A stretch of DNA of 64,000 nt, from positions 4,626,436 through 4,690,435 of the forward strand of contig SMSO01000031.1 in assembly GCA_004764695.1 (NCBI GenBank), given 5' to 3'. The stretch comes from Schizochytrium sp. TIO01 (lineage: Eukaryota; Protista; Bigyra: Labyrinthulomycetes). The translations under genes and the position numbers were made by a program. Shown one piece after another: positions 12,989 through 24,502 of the stretch. Within the stretch, counting starts at the first letter, position 1. Each line of letters starts with the position of its first letter. The notes beneath the pieces were generated by a model, which saw only the letters and a program-made list of their open reading frames with translations, was not told where the DNA came from and did no database searches.

Positions 12989-13669
12989 ATGAAAACCCTG
13001 CTTAAGCGCATGTTGATAGTCACAGTCCCACTAGTTCTAGCGCAAGGCAACAGAGGCAACCTGTTTTGCAACAAAAACCTAGACTTTACGACAATAACTC
13101 GTGAATGCTATAGTAAGCTATTCGATTGCTCGTCTAATGCGACATTTTCAGAATATGGGCTACAGTGTCAGTGTTCTAGTGGGAAAGTATGTTTGACGAC
13201 AGAGAACAACACACTACAAAGCTGCCCTTGTATTGATGTAGTACTTGCTTCCTCGCTTCGCAGAGGTGGTAGTGGTGGTAGTGGTGGTAGTGGAGGCAGT
13301 GGCGGCAGTGGCGGCAGTGGTGGTACAGGTGGTACAGGTGGTACAGGTGGTACAGGTGGTACAGGTGGTACAGGTGGTACAGGTGGTACAGGTGGCACAG
13401 GTGGCACAGGTGGCACAGGTACAGGTGGTACAGGTACAGGTGGTACAGGAGGAAAACCGACGCGTCCAACTCGCCCAACCCGACCAACTCGCCCAACGCC
13501 TCCACTTGGCTCAGAACATGAATGGCCTCTTTGGGCAAAAATTATAACACCTATCCTTTCAGCTCTCTTCGTTTTGAGTTTAATGGGGCTAGTGTATTAC
13601 TGTTATCACAAAGGACCTACAGAACCTGATCAAATGGGTATTGGGTTCGCAACGGCAGATCACAATTGA
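12989..13669 (+). CDS. Single-pass membrane protein with 8-Cys ectodomain and GGS/GGT/PTR-repeat stalk (paralog 3)
   Basis: 226 aa with a signal peptide ending VLA-Q and the motif C-x12-C-x6-C-x12-CxC-x5-C-x10-CPC. (GGS)n(GGT)n(PTR)n is followed by TM IITPILSALFVLSLMGLVYYCY and a short tail. Confidence 0.85.
   Translation: MKTLLKRMLIVTVPLVLAQGNRGNLFCNKNLDFTTITRECYSKLFDCSSNATFSEYGLQCQCSSGKVCLTTENNTLQSCPCIDVVLASSLRRGGSGGSGGSGGSGGSGGSGGTGGTGGTGGTGGTGGTGGTGGTGGTGGTGGTGTGGTGTGGTGGKPTRPTRPTRPTRPTPPLGSEHEWPLWAKIITPILSALFVLSLMGLVYYCYHKGPTEPDQMGIGFATADHN
13265..13500 (+). repeat. 9-bp coding minisatellite (ggtggtagt/ggtggtaca) followed by PTR repeats
   Basis: Directly visible tandem array encoding GGS, GGT and PTR triplets. 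Confidence 0.9.
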
Positions 13670-14489
13670 TTTCAATACTGCAAAGACGCCCGCTCGTATA
13701 AATTATGCAATATTTAAAAAAAGAAAGCATATGCAGTCTTTACTTTCATGAAACTCAACTCTGAGACTTGGGTATTTACCTGGTGTAGTTCAAATTCACA
13801 AAGTCTTATGAGTATTGAGTAAGCGACAACTATTTCAGAGTAGCAAAACAATTGGGATGCAGTACCTTATATTGGTTTTAGAATAGTACAGACACGCGCT
13901 GATTTAGCTAAGAAAGTTTTGAATCGGAATGTTGCAAGCGTAAGCGCAAGACACTTCTTTCCTTATGAAAAGGTTCGTAGGCTTAATTCTCTTTAACCTT
14001 ACAGGGAAAACAAAGTACCGTGCTAGTAGGTTTTTTAAGCACTACTCCAACCGCAGTAAAAACCAAACAAAAGCAACACCCAAACGAGGTTCTCGTTCAT
14101 ACATCTCGGCCTCATACATAATATTGATTACTGCGACCAACAAAATTATCTTCAGATCTCTACATGATGCGAAAAATGACAAGCATTTCAGGACCTCTCA
14201 AAAATTCATGCATCATCCAAAATCTAATAAGAGCTCATCCCCTTCTTGACCCAGCGTCCGCATCAACAGACGCTGTTTAATGTTCATTTTTGCAAACTTC
14301 TGCTAGCATGGCACGTAGAGATCTTGATCTCCGAGTCCCCGCTCACATTCCCTACTGATGATGATCTTGTTGTTCTCATTCATCTTACCAGCAACTAAGT
14401 ACCTGAATAACTAAGTCCACATGTTTAGTCATTAATAGTTGGTTAACCTTACCTAAACGAAACTCCGCAATATTAAGGGCGAGTTCGTG

Positions 14490-15554
14490 ATGAGTGGTCT
14501 CGAGCAAGAGAACTACTCGACTGAGACAGAGTCAATCATCATTCGCGAGCGCAGCGCGACCGATAGTATGGCAGACCGCGAATCGCGCAGAATGGCTCGC
14601 GAGAAGGCCGGTGAGAGCCTGGCAGGAGCGACGCCTAGAACCCGCAGGGCTAAGAAGCTCGCGGAGGAGGAGCAGGAGGCGTTGGTCATGGAGGAATCCA
14701 AGTACAGCTCCGGCGAAGAAGAAGTCGAAAAGGACGACGAAAACAATAACGACGATGACAACGATGCACAAAGCGATGTCGAATATGATGGTGGAAATCA
14801 AGATGAGGGTCTGAGCAGTGGAGATTCCGAAGACGAGCTCCCAAAGGACGAATTCGACGATGATGAGATTGAGGGCGAGAACGCGACTAGCAAAGACGCT
14901 GGCCGTGAGAACGGAGCTTTCTTTGCTAAGACGCTCATGGACCTCGTAGATAAATCTCATAGCCACAGCGATGACGAAGAGGATGATGACGACAAGGATG
15001 ATGACGAAGATAGCGAAAACAGCGAGGCAGAGAGCGGCGAGGAAACGACAGTTTTGACGAAGCGCAAGACCAAGGAGATGAAGGAGAACGAAAAACTGCG
15101 CCGCGAGGCACGCGCTCGTAAACGTGCCCGCAAAGCCAAACGGGAGCAACGCGAAAGAGGTATAGAGGACCCTGCCACAGCGGACTTTACCTTCGAGCGT
15201 CAGCTCCGTAAGATTGCCACCAAGGGTGTGGTGATGCTCTTCAACACGATTCAAACGCACCAAGCCAAGAAACGCCAGCAGCAATCTGAGGCAAACAAGG
15301 AGGCTGAAAAGGTCAAAGCCGCGAGCAAGGACAGTTTTCTTGACATGCTTAAACAAGGATCCAAGGCTGACCCTGCTGGTGGCGTCTCTGAAAGCGAGAT
15401 GGAGGATAACGACGACCCAGCTGCTGCCAAGTCTGGTTGGGGCGCTATGCGCGATGATTACATGCTCGGCGCGAAGCTCAAGGACTATGGAAAGGGTAAT
15501 GAAGAAGAGATGGAGGATGATGAGGGCGCAGAGCTCGAATCTGTCTCTGATTAA
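14490..15554 (+). CDS. RRP15: Ribosomal RNA-processing protein 15
   Basis: Acidic N-terminus, then Rrp15 motifs ERQLRKIATKGVVMLFN, SKDSFLDMLK and WGAMRDDYMLGAKLKD. Confidence 0.9.
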   Translation: MSGLEQENYSTETESIIIRERSATDSMADRESRRMAREKAGESLAGATPRTRRAKKLAEEEQEALVMEESKYSSGEEEVEKDDENNNDDDNDAQSDVEYDGGNQDEGLSSGDSEDELPKDEFDDDEIEGENATSKDAGRENGAFFAKTLMDLVDKSHSHSDDEEDDDDKDDDEDSENSEAESGEETTVLTKRKTKEMKENEKLRREARARKRARKAKREQRERGIEDPATADFTFERQLRKIATKGVVMLFNTIQTHQAKKRQQQSEANKEAEKVKAASKDSFLDMLKQGSKADPAGGVSESEMEDNDDPAAAKSGWGAMRDDYMLGAKLKDYGKGNEEEMEDDEGAELESVSD

Positions 15555-15835
15555 GCACCGATTACTTTCCCTTTATAACCTTTCTTATGTTACCACTTCT
15601 ACCTCTGAAAAGGTTCACTCAATCTCAGACTATCAATTATCCAGCATTATTTTTGTCACAGCAACCTTAGACTAAACTACAACATTGATCTGTAACTACT
15701 TTATCTCAATCCTATGTGCTTGTTTTCTTCGATACTAGTTATAGGCAACTCGACAATGCCTAACCGTTCTATGCGTCATGCATGCCTGATACACCGTTAC
15801 GCATTAAATTGAATGTTGACCCCTTTCATGCCAAA

Positions 15836-18295
15836 CTAAATTACCGCAACATCTTCTGATTGAGCAGCGAGGGTTTGGAAAGTTGCTTGGATCTCAAGCA
15901 AGGAATTGTGAATGGTCTCCTGTTCAGCTAAAACTTTTCGAACACTATGCTCAAGTCGCATTTCTGCACGGAGATGCTGCAGTTTTAAGTCCATGAACGC
16001 CTCGTACATAACGTGGAAATCCTCAATAAGATCGTTCCGTTGTGTCTCTGAAAGTCGTCCCTCCTCGACTTGCTCCTTTACCTTGCGAATATACCCTAAT
16101 GTACTTTCATTACGCTGTAGCAAATCCGAAATGGTTTGCTGAAAGCGTGCTGCACGGGTTGCTGTTGGTTTTAATGTACAAATAGAGAAAAGGTAATCTA
16201 CCTGAAAGTTATCAATTTGTGTGCGATGCTTCGCTTCACCTTCTAGAGCACTTCGTAGCTCCTGAAAAGACAAAAAGTTCTTTGATTGATTCACAGATTT
16301 TTTTCTCCACACTTGTAAACGACGGATAACTTGACCTGTTGTGAGCCAGCTTAAACGTAAGTGGTTGCTACAACAAAAGATAGACTGCAGTGACAACCAT
16401 ACGCTGCTGTTGCCGTTGAGACATTGCCTACATAACTGGCGGTTGCGCCATAGCCAGCCACGTCTCACAGCAAAACAACGTGCCCCCCCGGTTGCATTTA
16501 ACCGGTACGGGCGACTCATTTCTTCAATACGGCAGGCAGGAAGTTCGCTCTCCACGTTATTTTCCTTGATGGTCTTCGTATTTTTACGACGTTGAAGGTT
16601 TCCTTGTTCTTGTTCAAGGGCCTCACTATAAGCGATGCCGAATGACTTGAGAAATATAGCAATATATGTATTCAAAAGCAGCAAATTGAAGCTGATGATG
16701 AAAAATACTACAAAAAAACTGGAGACACCAAGTAACTCCACGGGAGATGCATATTCCAGATTTCTGAGGGTGAAATAGCCCGTTACTTGTAATAAGCAAG
16801 CGCAGAAGGCATCTAAATATGTTGCGTATGTTTTGGAATATGGTCCAAATAGTAGTAAGAGAAATGATGAGAAGGATACAACCAAAAGGAGAAAGACTAA
16901 GCAGAAGGCTAACAAATCTTTGGCGGACGCACGTAGTACTGAATAAATGAAGCGAAACCCCCAGAAAAGACGAAAGTATTTGACCGTGTAGACAGAAAGA
17001 AGAAGGACTGCAAAGGCAGAAAAAATGCGAAGGAGCTCCCAGCTCGCAACATAGTTCCCCGTCCCAGCATAAAATGTTTCCGTATGGATAGCATTAACAA
17101 GCTCACTACGATAACCATGCGTAAATAATCGAATGAAAACATCAATCAATAAAATGACCATGAGTGCGGCCATGAGAAGCTCAATGACCCATGCAAGGAC
17201 ATATTTGCGTCCAGAAAAACCTGGGAGTCGAGACAGTTTGATAACATTTATGACCTGTGAAAAGAGACGAAGAGGAATTACAGCAACCATAATGCCACCA
17301 ACAACAAAAACCGCGAGGTTGCGCTCGCTGTTCTGAAGAAACGGGGCCTCCTTCAACTCCGCAACAGGTAGAACGAGTCCTGACGGAAGAAATTCAAACC
17401 CAAGACGCGAATACATTATTACATTTGTGCTTGGGCTAAACATGGTGAAGGAAATAAGCAACAACGCAGTCTCATCATTAATGAACGCAGTCGTCGCATT
17501 AGATTCCTCAGTTTCAGTTGAGAACATACGCTGTAACGTATTCAAAAACGCTGTATCACTCGGATTATCCGAAAAATCCAAATCGACAACCCAACCCGAC
17601 GCGGGGTAGGAAGTAAATGGCGTGTCAAACCGCCTCTCGCCTGTGGCTTCTGCAGAGCTGAAATTATAGCAACCGTGTGACTTGCTATTTTCTCTGCTTG
17701 GCGTAAAGCGTGCGACACACGGTTGGGATGGTGCATACTCAGCAGGCCCTCGCCAAACACATCCCTTACCGGACTCCACTTGCACGGTGCGAAATCGAAC
17801 TCCCCATAAAAGAGTGAGGGCGCCTTGAATCGTAGTATAGTTGCTTGAAGAAAGGAGTTTTGGGTCAAGAATACTCCGATAAATTACATTGAATACATAT
17901 TGCGCTATGTCTTGCTGAGTAGCAACTTCCCTAAAACTAATAAATGTTGGTGATGAGACCCGAGGAAATTTAGCATCTACAAACAGCTGCGTTTGCACTC
18001 GGTTTGCGTCAGTTATTTGATCTAGATCCAGTTGTACACCAATATAGATCACCACCAGTGTGAATACAAGGATGTGCAAGAGAAATTCGCAGTACAAGAA
18101 ATGATGATATTGCCTTTTCCGAAGATCTATGAGGAGTTGGTGGTACGACACCCAGTGTTTTTGGCTCTCTGTATTGCCCTTATAATTTGGATTAAAGCGT
18201 TCTTCCTCGTACCGATTGCGTCCTGATACCCCATCTAAATCCCCGGTCCCTGACGTTCTGCTGTGAGTTCCAGCGCCTCGCCTTCGTAGCCACAT
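15836..18295 (-). CDS. Polycystin-2-like (TRPP) cation channel
   Basis: 819 aa. TM1 is followed by a large extracellular TOP-like domain (LLWGVRFRTVQV, YPASGWVVDL, FINDETALLLISFTMFSP, FEFLPSGLV) and five further TMs with a pore region (LLFGPY...LLLNTYIAIF). The C-terminus is a coiled coil. Confidence 0.85.
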   Translation of the reverse strand: MWLRRRGAGTHSRTSGTGDLDGVSGRNRYEEERFNPNYKGNTESQKHWVSYHQLLIDLRKRQYHHFLYCEFLLHILVFTLVVIYIGVQLDLDQITDANRVQTQLFVDAKFPRVSSPTFISFREVATQQDIAQYVFNVIYRSILDPKLLSSSNYTTIQGALTLLWGVRFRTVQVESGKGCVWRGPAEYAPSQPCVARFTPSRENSKSHGCYNFSSAEATGERRFDTPFTSYPASGWVVDLDFSDNPSDTAFLNTLQRMFSTETEESNATTAFINDETALLLISFTMFSPSTNVIMYSRLGFEFLPSGLVLPVAELKEAPFLQNSERNLAVFVVGGIMVAVIPLRLFSQVINVIKLSRLPGFSGRKYVLAWVIELLMAALMVILLIDVFIRLFTHGYRSELVNAIHTETFYAGTGNYVASWELLRIFSAFAVLLLSVYTVKYFRLFWGFRFIYSVLRASAKDLLAFCLVFLLLVVSFSSFLLLLFGPYSKTYATYLDAFCACLLQVTGYFTLRNLEYASPVELLGVSSFFVVFFIISFNLLLLNTYIAIFLKSFGIAYSEALEQEQGNLQRRKNTKTIKENNVESELPACRIEEMSRPYRLNATGGARCFAVRRGWLWRNRQLCRQCLNGNSSVWLSLQSIFCCSNHLRLSWLTTGQVIRRLQVWRKKSVNQSKNFLSFQELRSALEGEAKHRTQIDNFQVDYLFSICTLKPTATRAARFQQTISDLLQRNESTLGYIRKVKEQVEEGRLSETQRNDLIEDFHVMYEAFMDLKLQHLRAEMRLEHSVRKVLAEQETIHNSLLEIQATFQTLAAQSEDVAVI

Positions 18296-18796
18296 CGATC
18301 GAAGTTGGCCCTCCTGTGGATCTCTCTACCTCTCCTTCGATTGAGAGTTTCGAGGCCGCAACCCTCTCCCCTGACCGAAAGTTCTCGTTAAACTGCACTG
18401 TGGGTCTACGAAGCAGGGTAATCTCCTTTCCTAGGTAAGTGATGGAGCCAACGAGGCCTTCGAAGTTCATATCTTGGTAGGGAAATCGATTTGTTTGGAA
18501 ACCAGAGGACAAAAACTCAAATTCTCGAGATACTACCAGGTACCTAATAGTCGAATTACGAACTAGATGATAAGCCAAGAGGTTCTAAGTAAGTGAACCA
18601 TACGCAAACATGAGAAGAATGTCAATATGTAGGTACGCACCGAAGGAGTGCGGCTGTAATTGTAATTGAGATTGTAGAGCTGTGGTTCGAGATTGATGAT
18701 AAATGGAAAACATGATGTTTATGATATTATTTTCTAATAGAAAGGGCCGGAGTATCAATTTGAAAACAACCTTTGATACCCAGTACCAAAATTTGA

Positions 18797-20212
18797 CTAG
18801 TTGAAACCCTGCGCGAAATCAAGACAGGTCGGTGAAAGAACAAAACCTAGCAATCCACCAAGGATGATCGCAAAGGGAACAAAAACATCGAAAAATCGAA
18901 TCAGAGAACCAGTAAAACAGAATACTGCTGCAGTTGCCCAACTCAGGACTGCCTTTTCCCAGAGCTGAGCACAAGCAGCTACAATGAGACCAATTGCAGC
19001 TGCGTTGACTCCAGCAAGAAAGCATTTAAAGGTCGAGTTACGCCGAACGCGCATCCAAAGAGGAAGAAAAGCAAAGATGAGGAGCAGACCAGGACCAAAA
19101 AGGCCAATCCAAGCAACGAGAGCACCAATAAAACCTTTGTAAACTGCACCTAAATATGCAGAGAAATTGAACAAAGGGCCTGGTAAAGATTGTACTAAAC
19201 CGAAACCAATGAAAAATTCAGACTCTGCTAGCCAATTTGTCTCAACGACCTCGACGAGAAGCATTGGGAGTACAACCTGACCACCTCCATAAATAATAGA
19301 ACCTATGCGAAAAAATGATTCAAATAACTCGCCGAGGCCACCAGGTGCAAAGAAACCCGCTGACCGTAGACCAATGACTGTACCCAATGTAATAAGCCAT
19401 ATGAAAAACAATGCAAGTCCTAAAAGTGGACTTATGTTGATGTTCTTAAGAATACTCCGGTTCTCATCTTCGTCAGCCTCTGTCGGGGGTGAAAAGTAAT
19501 TTTCAAGTTTTCCAGGGCGTCGAGAATCCACTACGGTCACAAGACCACCAACAATGAGCATAACAGGGAATGCCAGACTTGCCCAGCGGCTGTTGATTCG
19601 ATCATCTCCAGTAATCAAGAGCGTGATTACTGTACTAGCCGTAGCTAGAGCAATCTTTAGCTTTTGTACGTATGGCTCTTCATGGTGTAAGACGCTAACG
19701 CCAAGACTATATGCCGCCAAAAATACCAAGGAAGTAGCTGCTGCAGGCAAACCAATCAAGTAGTCCGGGAGCTGTTGACCCAGGTTTGAAACTGCAAAGA
19801 GAGCAACGCAGACCAACACAGTTAAGGACGGCAGGTTCCACAACAGAAAGGCTACCAAGCCTCCCGGTATCCCCGCACGAGTAGCTCCAATCGCAACAAC
19901 CATTTGAGTAGAAGTGGGTCCAGGCAAACCTTGGCCAACACTCATGAGCTCCACAAATCGTTCTGTGTCGAGCCATTGTCGCTTTTCAACGAACTGCTGT
20001 TGCAAAATACCAATGTGCGCTGCGGGACCGCCAAATGCAATTAGACCGAGCGGCAAGAACCCAAAGAAAACTTGTGACAACCTTTCTCGAAAGGGCAGTA
20101 CTTCCTGGTAATCCAAATTCCTGTGCATGGTATCTTCACTGTCAACTTCATCCAAGCTATGTGTGCTCGACACGACTCGGCCACTTTCCTCGTCGCTAAT
20201 CTTACGAGACAT
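18797..20212 (-). CDS. Chromate ion transporter (CHR/ChrA family, long two-domain form)
   Basis: Duplicated signatures LGLIAFGGPAAHI...GQGLPGPTSTQ and IGSIIYGGGQVVLP...VQSLPGPLFNF. The first ATG is at 20212; the track starts at an upstream TTG. Confidence 0.92.
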   Translation of the reverse strand: MSRKISDEESGRVVSSTHSLDEVDSEDTMHRNLDYQEVLPFRERLSQVFFGFLPLGLIAFGGPAAHIGILQQQFVEKRQWLDTERFVELMSVGQGLPGPTSTQMVVAIGATRAGIPGGLVAFLLWNLPSLTVLVCVALFAVSNLGQQLPDYLIGLPAAATSLVFLAAYSLGVSVLHHEEPYVQKLKIALATASTVITLLITGDDRINSRWASLAFPVMLIVGGLVTVVDSRRPGKLENYFSPPTEADEDENRSILKNINISPLLGLALFFIWLITLGTVIGLRSAGFFAPGGLGELFESFFRIGSIIYGGGQVVLPMLLVEVVETNWLAESEFFIGFGLVQSLPGPLFNFSAYLGAVYKGFIGALVAWIGLFGPGLLLIFAFLPLWMRVRRNSTFKCFLAGVNAAAIGLIVAACAQLWEKAVLSWATAAVFCFTGSLIRFFDVFVPFAIILGGLLGFVLSPTCLDFAQGFN

Positions 20213-23200
20213 CTTTATCGCAGGGCCTAGTGATTGTTCTGCAAGTACTTTCAAGTTTGCCCTTTCCAAGTTTGCCCTTTAGCAAGTTTGAGGTCTACAG
20301 AAGTGCCACATGCACAGTGGTTCAGACATCACTCATGCACTGTACCACGTTAACACGTGCAGTGTACACCTTACCTTTAAGAATGCAGGTTCGAACCAAA
20401 TCACAGAAAGAAGGTACCATGCGTACCTAAATAGCAACACTACCGCCGGGTTTTTAAAAAGGCTTCCAAGACACTTCAAGTGAACCAGCTTGCCTAATCA
20501 CAGCTGTTTTGCACATTCTTACCCAGTCTGCCTAACATGGTTCAATCATGATGCACTCTGTTGTTGCTGAATTCGCATCGGTCAGCTTCACTCGCGTTCT
20601 TAAATCTGTCGTGCCATCTGCTCATGCCAGGAGAATCCCTGCTACTAGGCTTTGAAGCGAGCTGCAAACTTCAAATATGTCGCATATTTGTTGGCAAAAG
20701 AGTTCTACACAAAGCCCCCTTTCCGAGCTGCGCAGAAGCAAACTTCAAACTCATCATTAAAGTGGTCGGAGTTTGTGAATCATCCGAGAGGTCTGTGTTT
20801 TCCCAGGTATCTATCCAAGGTTTCCCCTCCAGGCGCAGCAACGAGGCCCTAGAACGCATCTTGGTTCGTCGACCGATGCAATTCGTGATGCTCACCGTGT
20901 GTGGCTCTGCCAAGCCCTGCCGGCAGGATGGCGTTTTTATTGCATCTACTTGCACTCTAAATGTCCCGATGTACACATTGCACATCTTTTGAGGGTCCAT
21001 CTGGTGAACTAGACGCATCCGCGGCCACTTTAGCGAAAGATATCCATCGATTCAATTCTGTTGAATTTACATGCACATTTAAAGTTACCAACACATGAGC
21101 GTTCCTCGTGAGGTGTCATCGCATTCAGCGCCTGTTGTGGTGTCCATACCGACCTACGTTATCAAATCATGCTGAGTAAAACCAACAACCTAGCATATTG
21201 TCCCTGACATGCAGGCAATGCACTTCGAATCTTGCTTTTGGAAATAGCCCGATCCAAGTGACATCAGCCTTTGTAAAAGCAATCTAAATACAAAACCTGC
21301 TGCATTCATTCTCGAGCACAATCAACCTCACGGCGATCTCATGCCAAAACTTGAATCAAACATCTCAAAACTTTCATATGTTTCGTACTTTCGTCGCATC
21401 TCTGTTGAGATAAACAACTTTCAATAAGGCCAAGAGCTTAATGTTGTTATTACTATTATCTAGATTTCTTTAAAAATAAAATAAAAAATCCTAACATGTA
21501 GTAGTAGTAGGCGTAGAGAGAGATGAAGTAAGTACCTAGACCATACAATTACGATAAAGTAATAAAAAGAGACTCTGCTCATAGGAGGTATCAGTCAGAC
21601 ATAGCTCCTGTAACAGTCATTTGTTACTCTGTATTTTCTGGGTCACGATACCTACTTCTAGAAGGAAACACAACTCAATTTCCAAGGTAGAGCTCAAACT
21701 AATAGTCACGCTCTACTTGAATACTTGGTTATTTCAAAATAAAACGAGGTTTTGCACCATAACATATTTTAACTTGATTGAACCCAAGTGAAAGAGTATG
21801 CAGGGGGGGCTCTGAGTGGTGAGAGTGCCTATGCGATAAGTTCGTACCACATACTTCAGGAGTTGTAAAGAGATGGGGACAAATGCGCGATTGTTAAGGT
21901 TGTCAAATAGATGAAATCTAGGCTTGCCTGCTTAGGCTCGAACGTTAAACTCATTTGACTATTCAATTTCAAGGCAGAGAAAATTAACTTCTGCAAAGAA
22001 ATTTCATCAAATCCTACCGATCTCCGCTTGATCCTTGATCAATTCGAAGAGCCTGCCTCGGACCTTAAGTTTTCTTTGACCCCCCGCGGCTATGCACACG
22101 ACAGGGTTTCTTACAAAGCTGTCAAAACTACAAAAAATCTAAAGCAACTAATCCAAAGCAAAAGAATGTGAGATAATAAAACACCAAACTTTCCCCATCG
22201 CTCGCAGATTGAAATTTAAAATTTTCATTTGAGTAGGTCGCTAATGCAACTTACGAAGCTGTAATGAGGCTGAGAAGGACAATCCACTTGTGTATCTCGA
22301 ATACGAATTCATGTCAATTACAAAAAATTAAACTTCTATCACAATGTGCAATAAAAATCCGGGAAGGAGCATGCGTTATTGAACGACCAAGTCAAATTTA
22401 CGAGATATCTTGTTTACCAAACCACTTTATGAAGGTAAGTATGAATGTATATTGCTGCCCATACAGCTTCAACATTGTCGGCGACAATCAGAACTAATAG
22501 CACCAATACTATTGATGTTTTCATAGATAGATCTCTTGTAAACCTATTTATGTAGTGAATTCGTGAGTCTGGAAGCCAATGATTTTAAAGATTATTCTTG
22601 ACTTCTTTGGTATGTCTTATCCAAGCTTTGTCAGAGAAGTGATTTCTCAAATACGATTCTACGGATTTTCCTACAACACCTCTTTACAGAGATGTAGTAG
22701 ATACCATATTGTGACCTAGGAGTTGTTGCTTTCGAATTGGTATGTGCCTACGCTAGGTACCTCCTTAGTAGTACTTACCTCGTTTTTAGGTTTTGGATTT
22801 TACCCAAAGTACAGGGATACCTGAAATAGCCGCTGTCTTCAACTTGCAACCAAGACGAAATTGATAGTAGCTACACCTGTGAAGGCATTATATGCACTAA
22901 TGCTCTAGTTGCTGGGTAATTGCTGTCGGTTACTTCACATTCAAAGGTTGGTGAAGAAAAGGTTGCCTTTATAGGTTACACAGCCATTTTAAGATCGAGC
23001 TACCTCAATTCGCACAATCTCCTTTTCTGAAGATCTTTGTGAACTATGCAATATTCCACTTTATACATTCCTGATGGCCGTAGTGGCGAGTGGTTTTCAG
23101 TTGTGTTTCAGTCCTGTATCCAGAGCCTTAGTAGTAGGGTGCGGCACGACGTTCCCTCATCGTTAGAAAACTTTCTATGTTAGCTCATGTGAACCTCAAA

Positions 23201-24502
23201 AGCGCCCTGATTTTGCGATTATGGGTTTTATTTTTAACAGTGTGCACTTACATGTACTTCCATACCATTACCTCACGCATGGCTGCCAGAGAATTTTGCA
23301 GAACCTAGGAATAGCGCTACCTAATTTAAACTACTAGCCCTGCCCGCCCAGCCGTTCAGCACCCTAAGGGTGCGATCCTGCAAGCCTTGGCGCAGAAGTA
23401 CCCACACCTGCTGCACCTCGTACCTCGCACAAAATACCTAATGCAATCAGAGAAATTGCTGGATGTTTCAATTCACTGGGCGACTTTGAGCACATATTAC
23501 ATCTAATTGGCAGAATGTATGGCGACGCTTTCTGATTTTATCAGCAATGATCATACAATAGAAAAGCGGCATAAGCACTCTTCCGTACAAAGAGATCTGC
23601 GTGCAAGCAAGGGCTATTAGCTTGGGGTAAACCACATATAAATACTCTACCAGATTTGCATACTAGTAGTACAATTCAAGCTTACTAAATTTACATTCTA
23701 ACTTTAAAAAAATTAAAAAATAAAGAAAAAATTAACTTTGGTAAAAACTCAAGCCAAAACAATAACTGTTAAGTAGCATTGCCATTAATTCTAACTCAAG
23801 TACGTTTTTGGGCTGGCTTAATTACCTATTATTTGTAGCAGGTAATCAGGTGCTTTCGTACTATAGCTGTAATAAAATCAAACTTTATAAGTCAAGCTCT
23901 TAGTGCTGATGTAATACAAGCAACTCTTCGTTATCATCTTGCTTGGGGGACTGCCTGCCTCCGGGTGCACGTGCTCCTTATTGGATGCGCTGGAAGTGAC
24001 CACTCTCCCTGTGTTCCCAGCAGTGCAACTACTGAAATCTATAGGAGAGGGCTAGTAGAGTTATTTACTTTGGTGGGAAGAGCTTACAAATAACACACGT
24101 GCGCTCTAATCCTCATGTTGTTTACAGGCAAGACGGCACCGACTCCTGCATGAAGGACTGTCAAATTCTGAGCAATAAGTAAACCCAATTTACAGGCGAA
24201 CCTGTGGCAGGCGTTGCAGGTGCTGTCTGCTGCTACATCAATTCACGGAGCGTGAGGATAGTGGTTCTCGAAAAGGCGGGACCTGGGGTACCAAAGGCAA
24301 GCATCCCTCACTCGCTCGCTGGCACGCTCGCTCGCTCGCTCGTTCAAGCGTTAGTACAGAGACTTGCAAACACAAGAACTAGCTTCTCGGTGTAGCTAAA
24401 GGGTGTTTATTGATCCGGCAGACCCTCTTTGAGCAGAAGCTGTGCGGAGCTTGATAGACGCAACCGACTGTGACAACTTGTTGAAGGCAGAACCTACAGA
24501 AG

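Noticed and set aside
13168-13547. PPV, HLY and VVQ repeat ORFs
   Set aside because: Alternative readings of the 9-bp GGT minisatellite.
14532-15356. 274-aa antisense ORF over RRP15 (likewise 58097-59020 over PAT1 and 62493-63485 over the WD40 gene)
   Set aside because: Typical antisense shadows of GC-rich, codon-biased genes, with no recognisable motifs.
18797-20212. Chromate transporter as recent bacterial transfer or contamination
   Set aside because: CHR-family proteins are known in fungi and protists, and this one is embedded among eukaryotic genes with similar composition.
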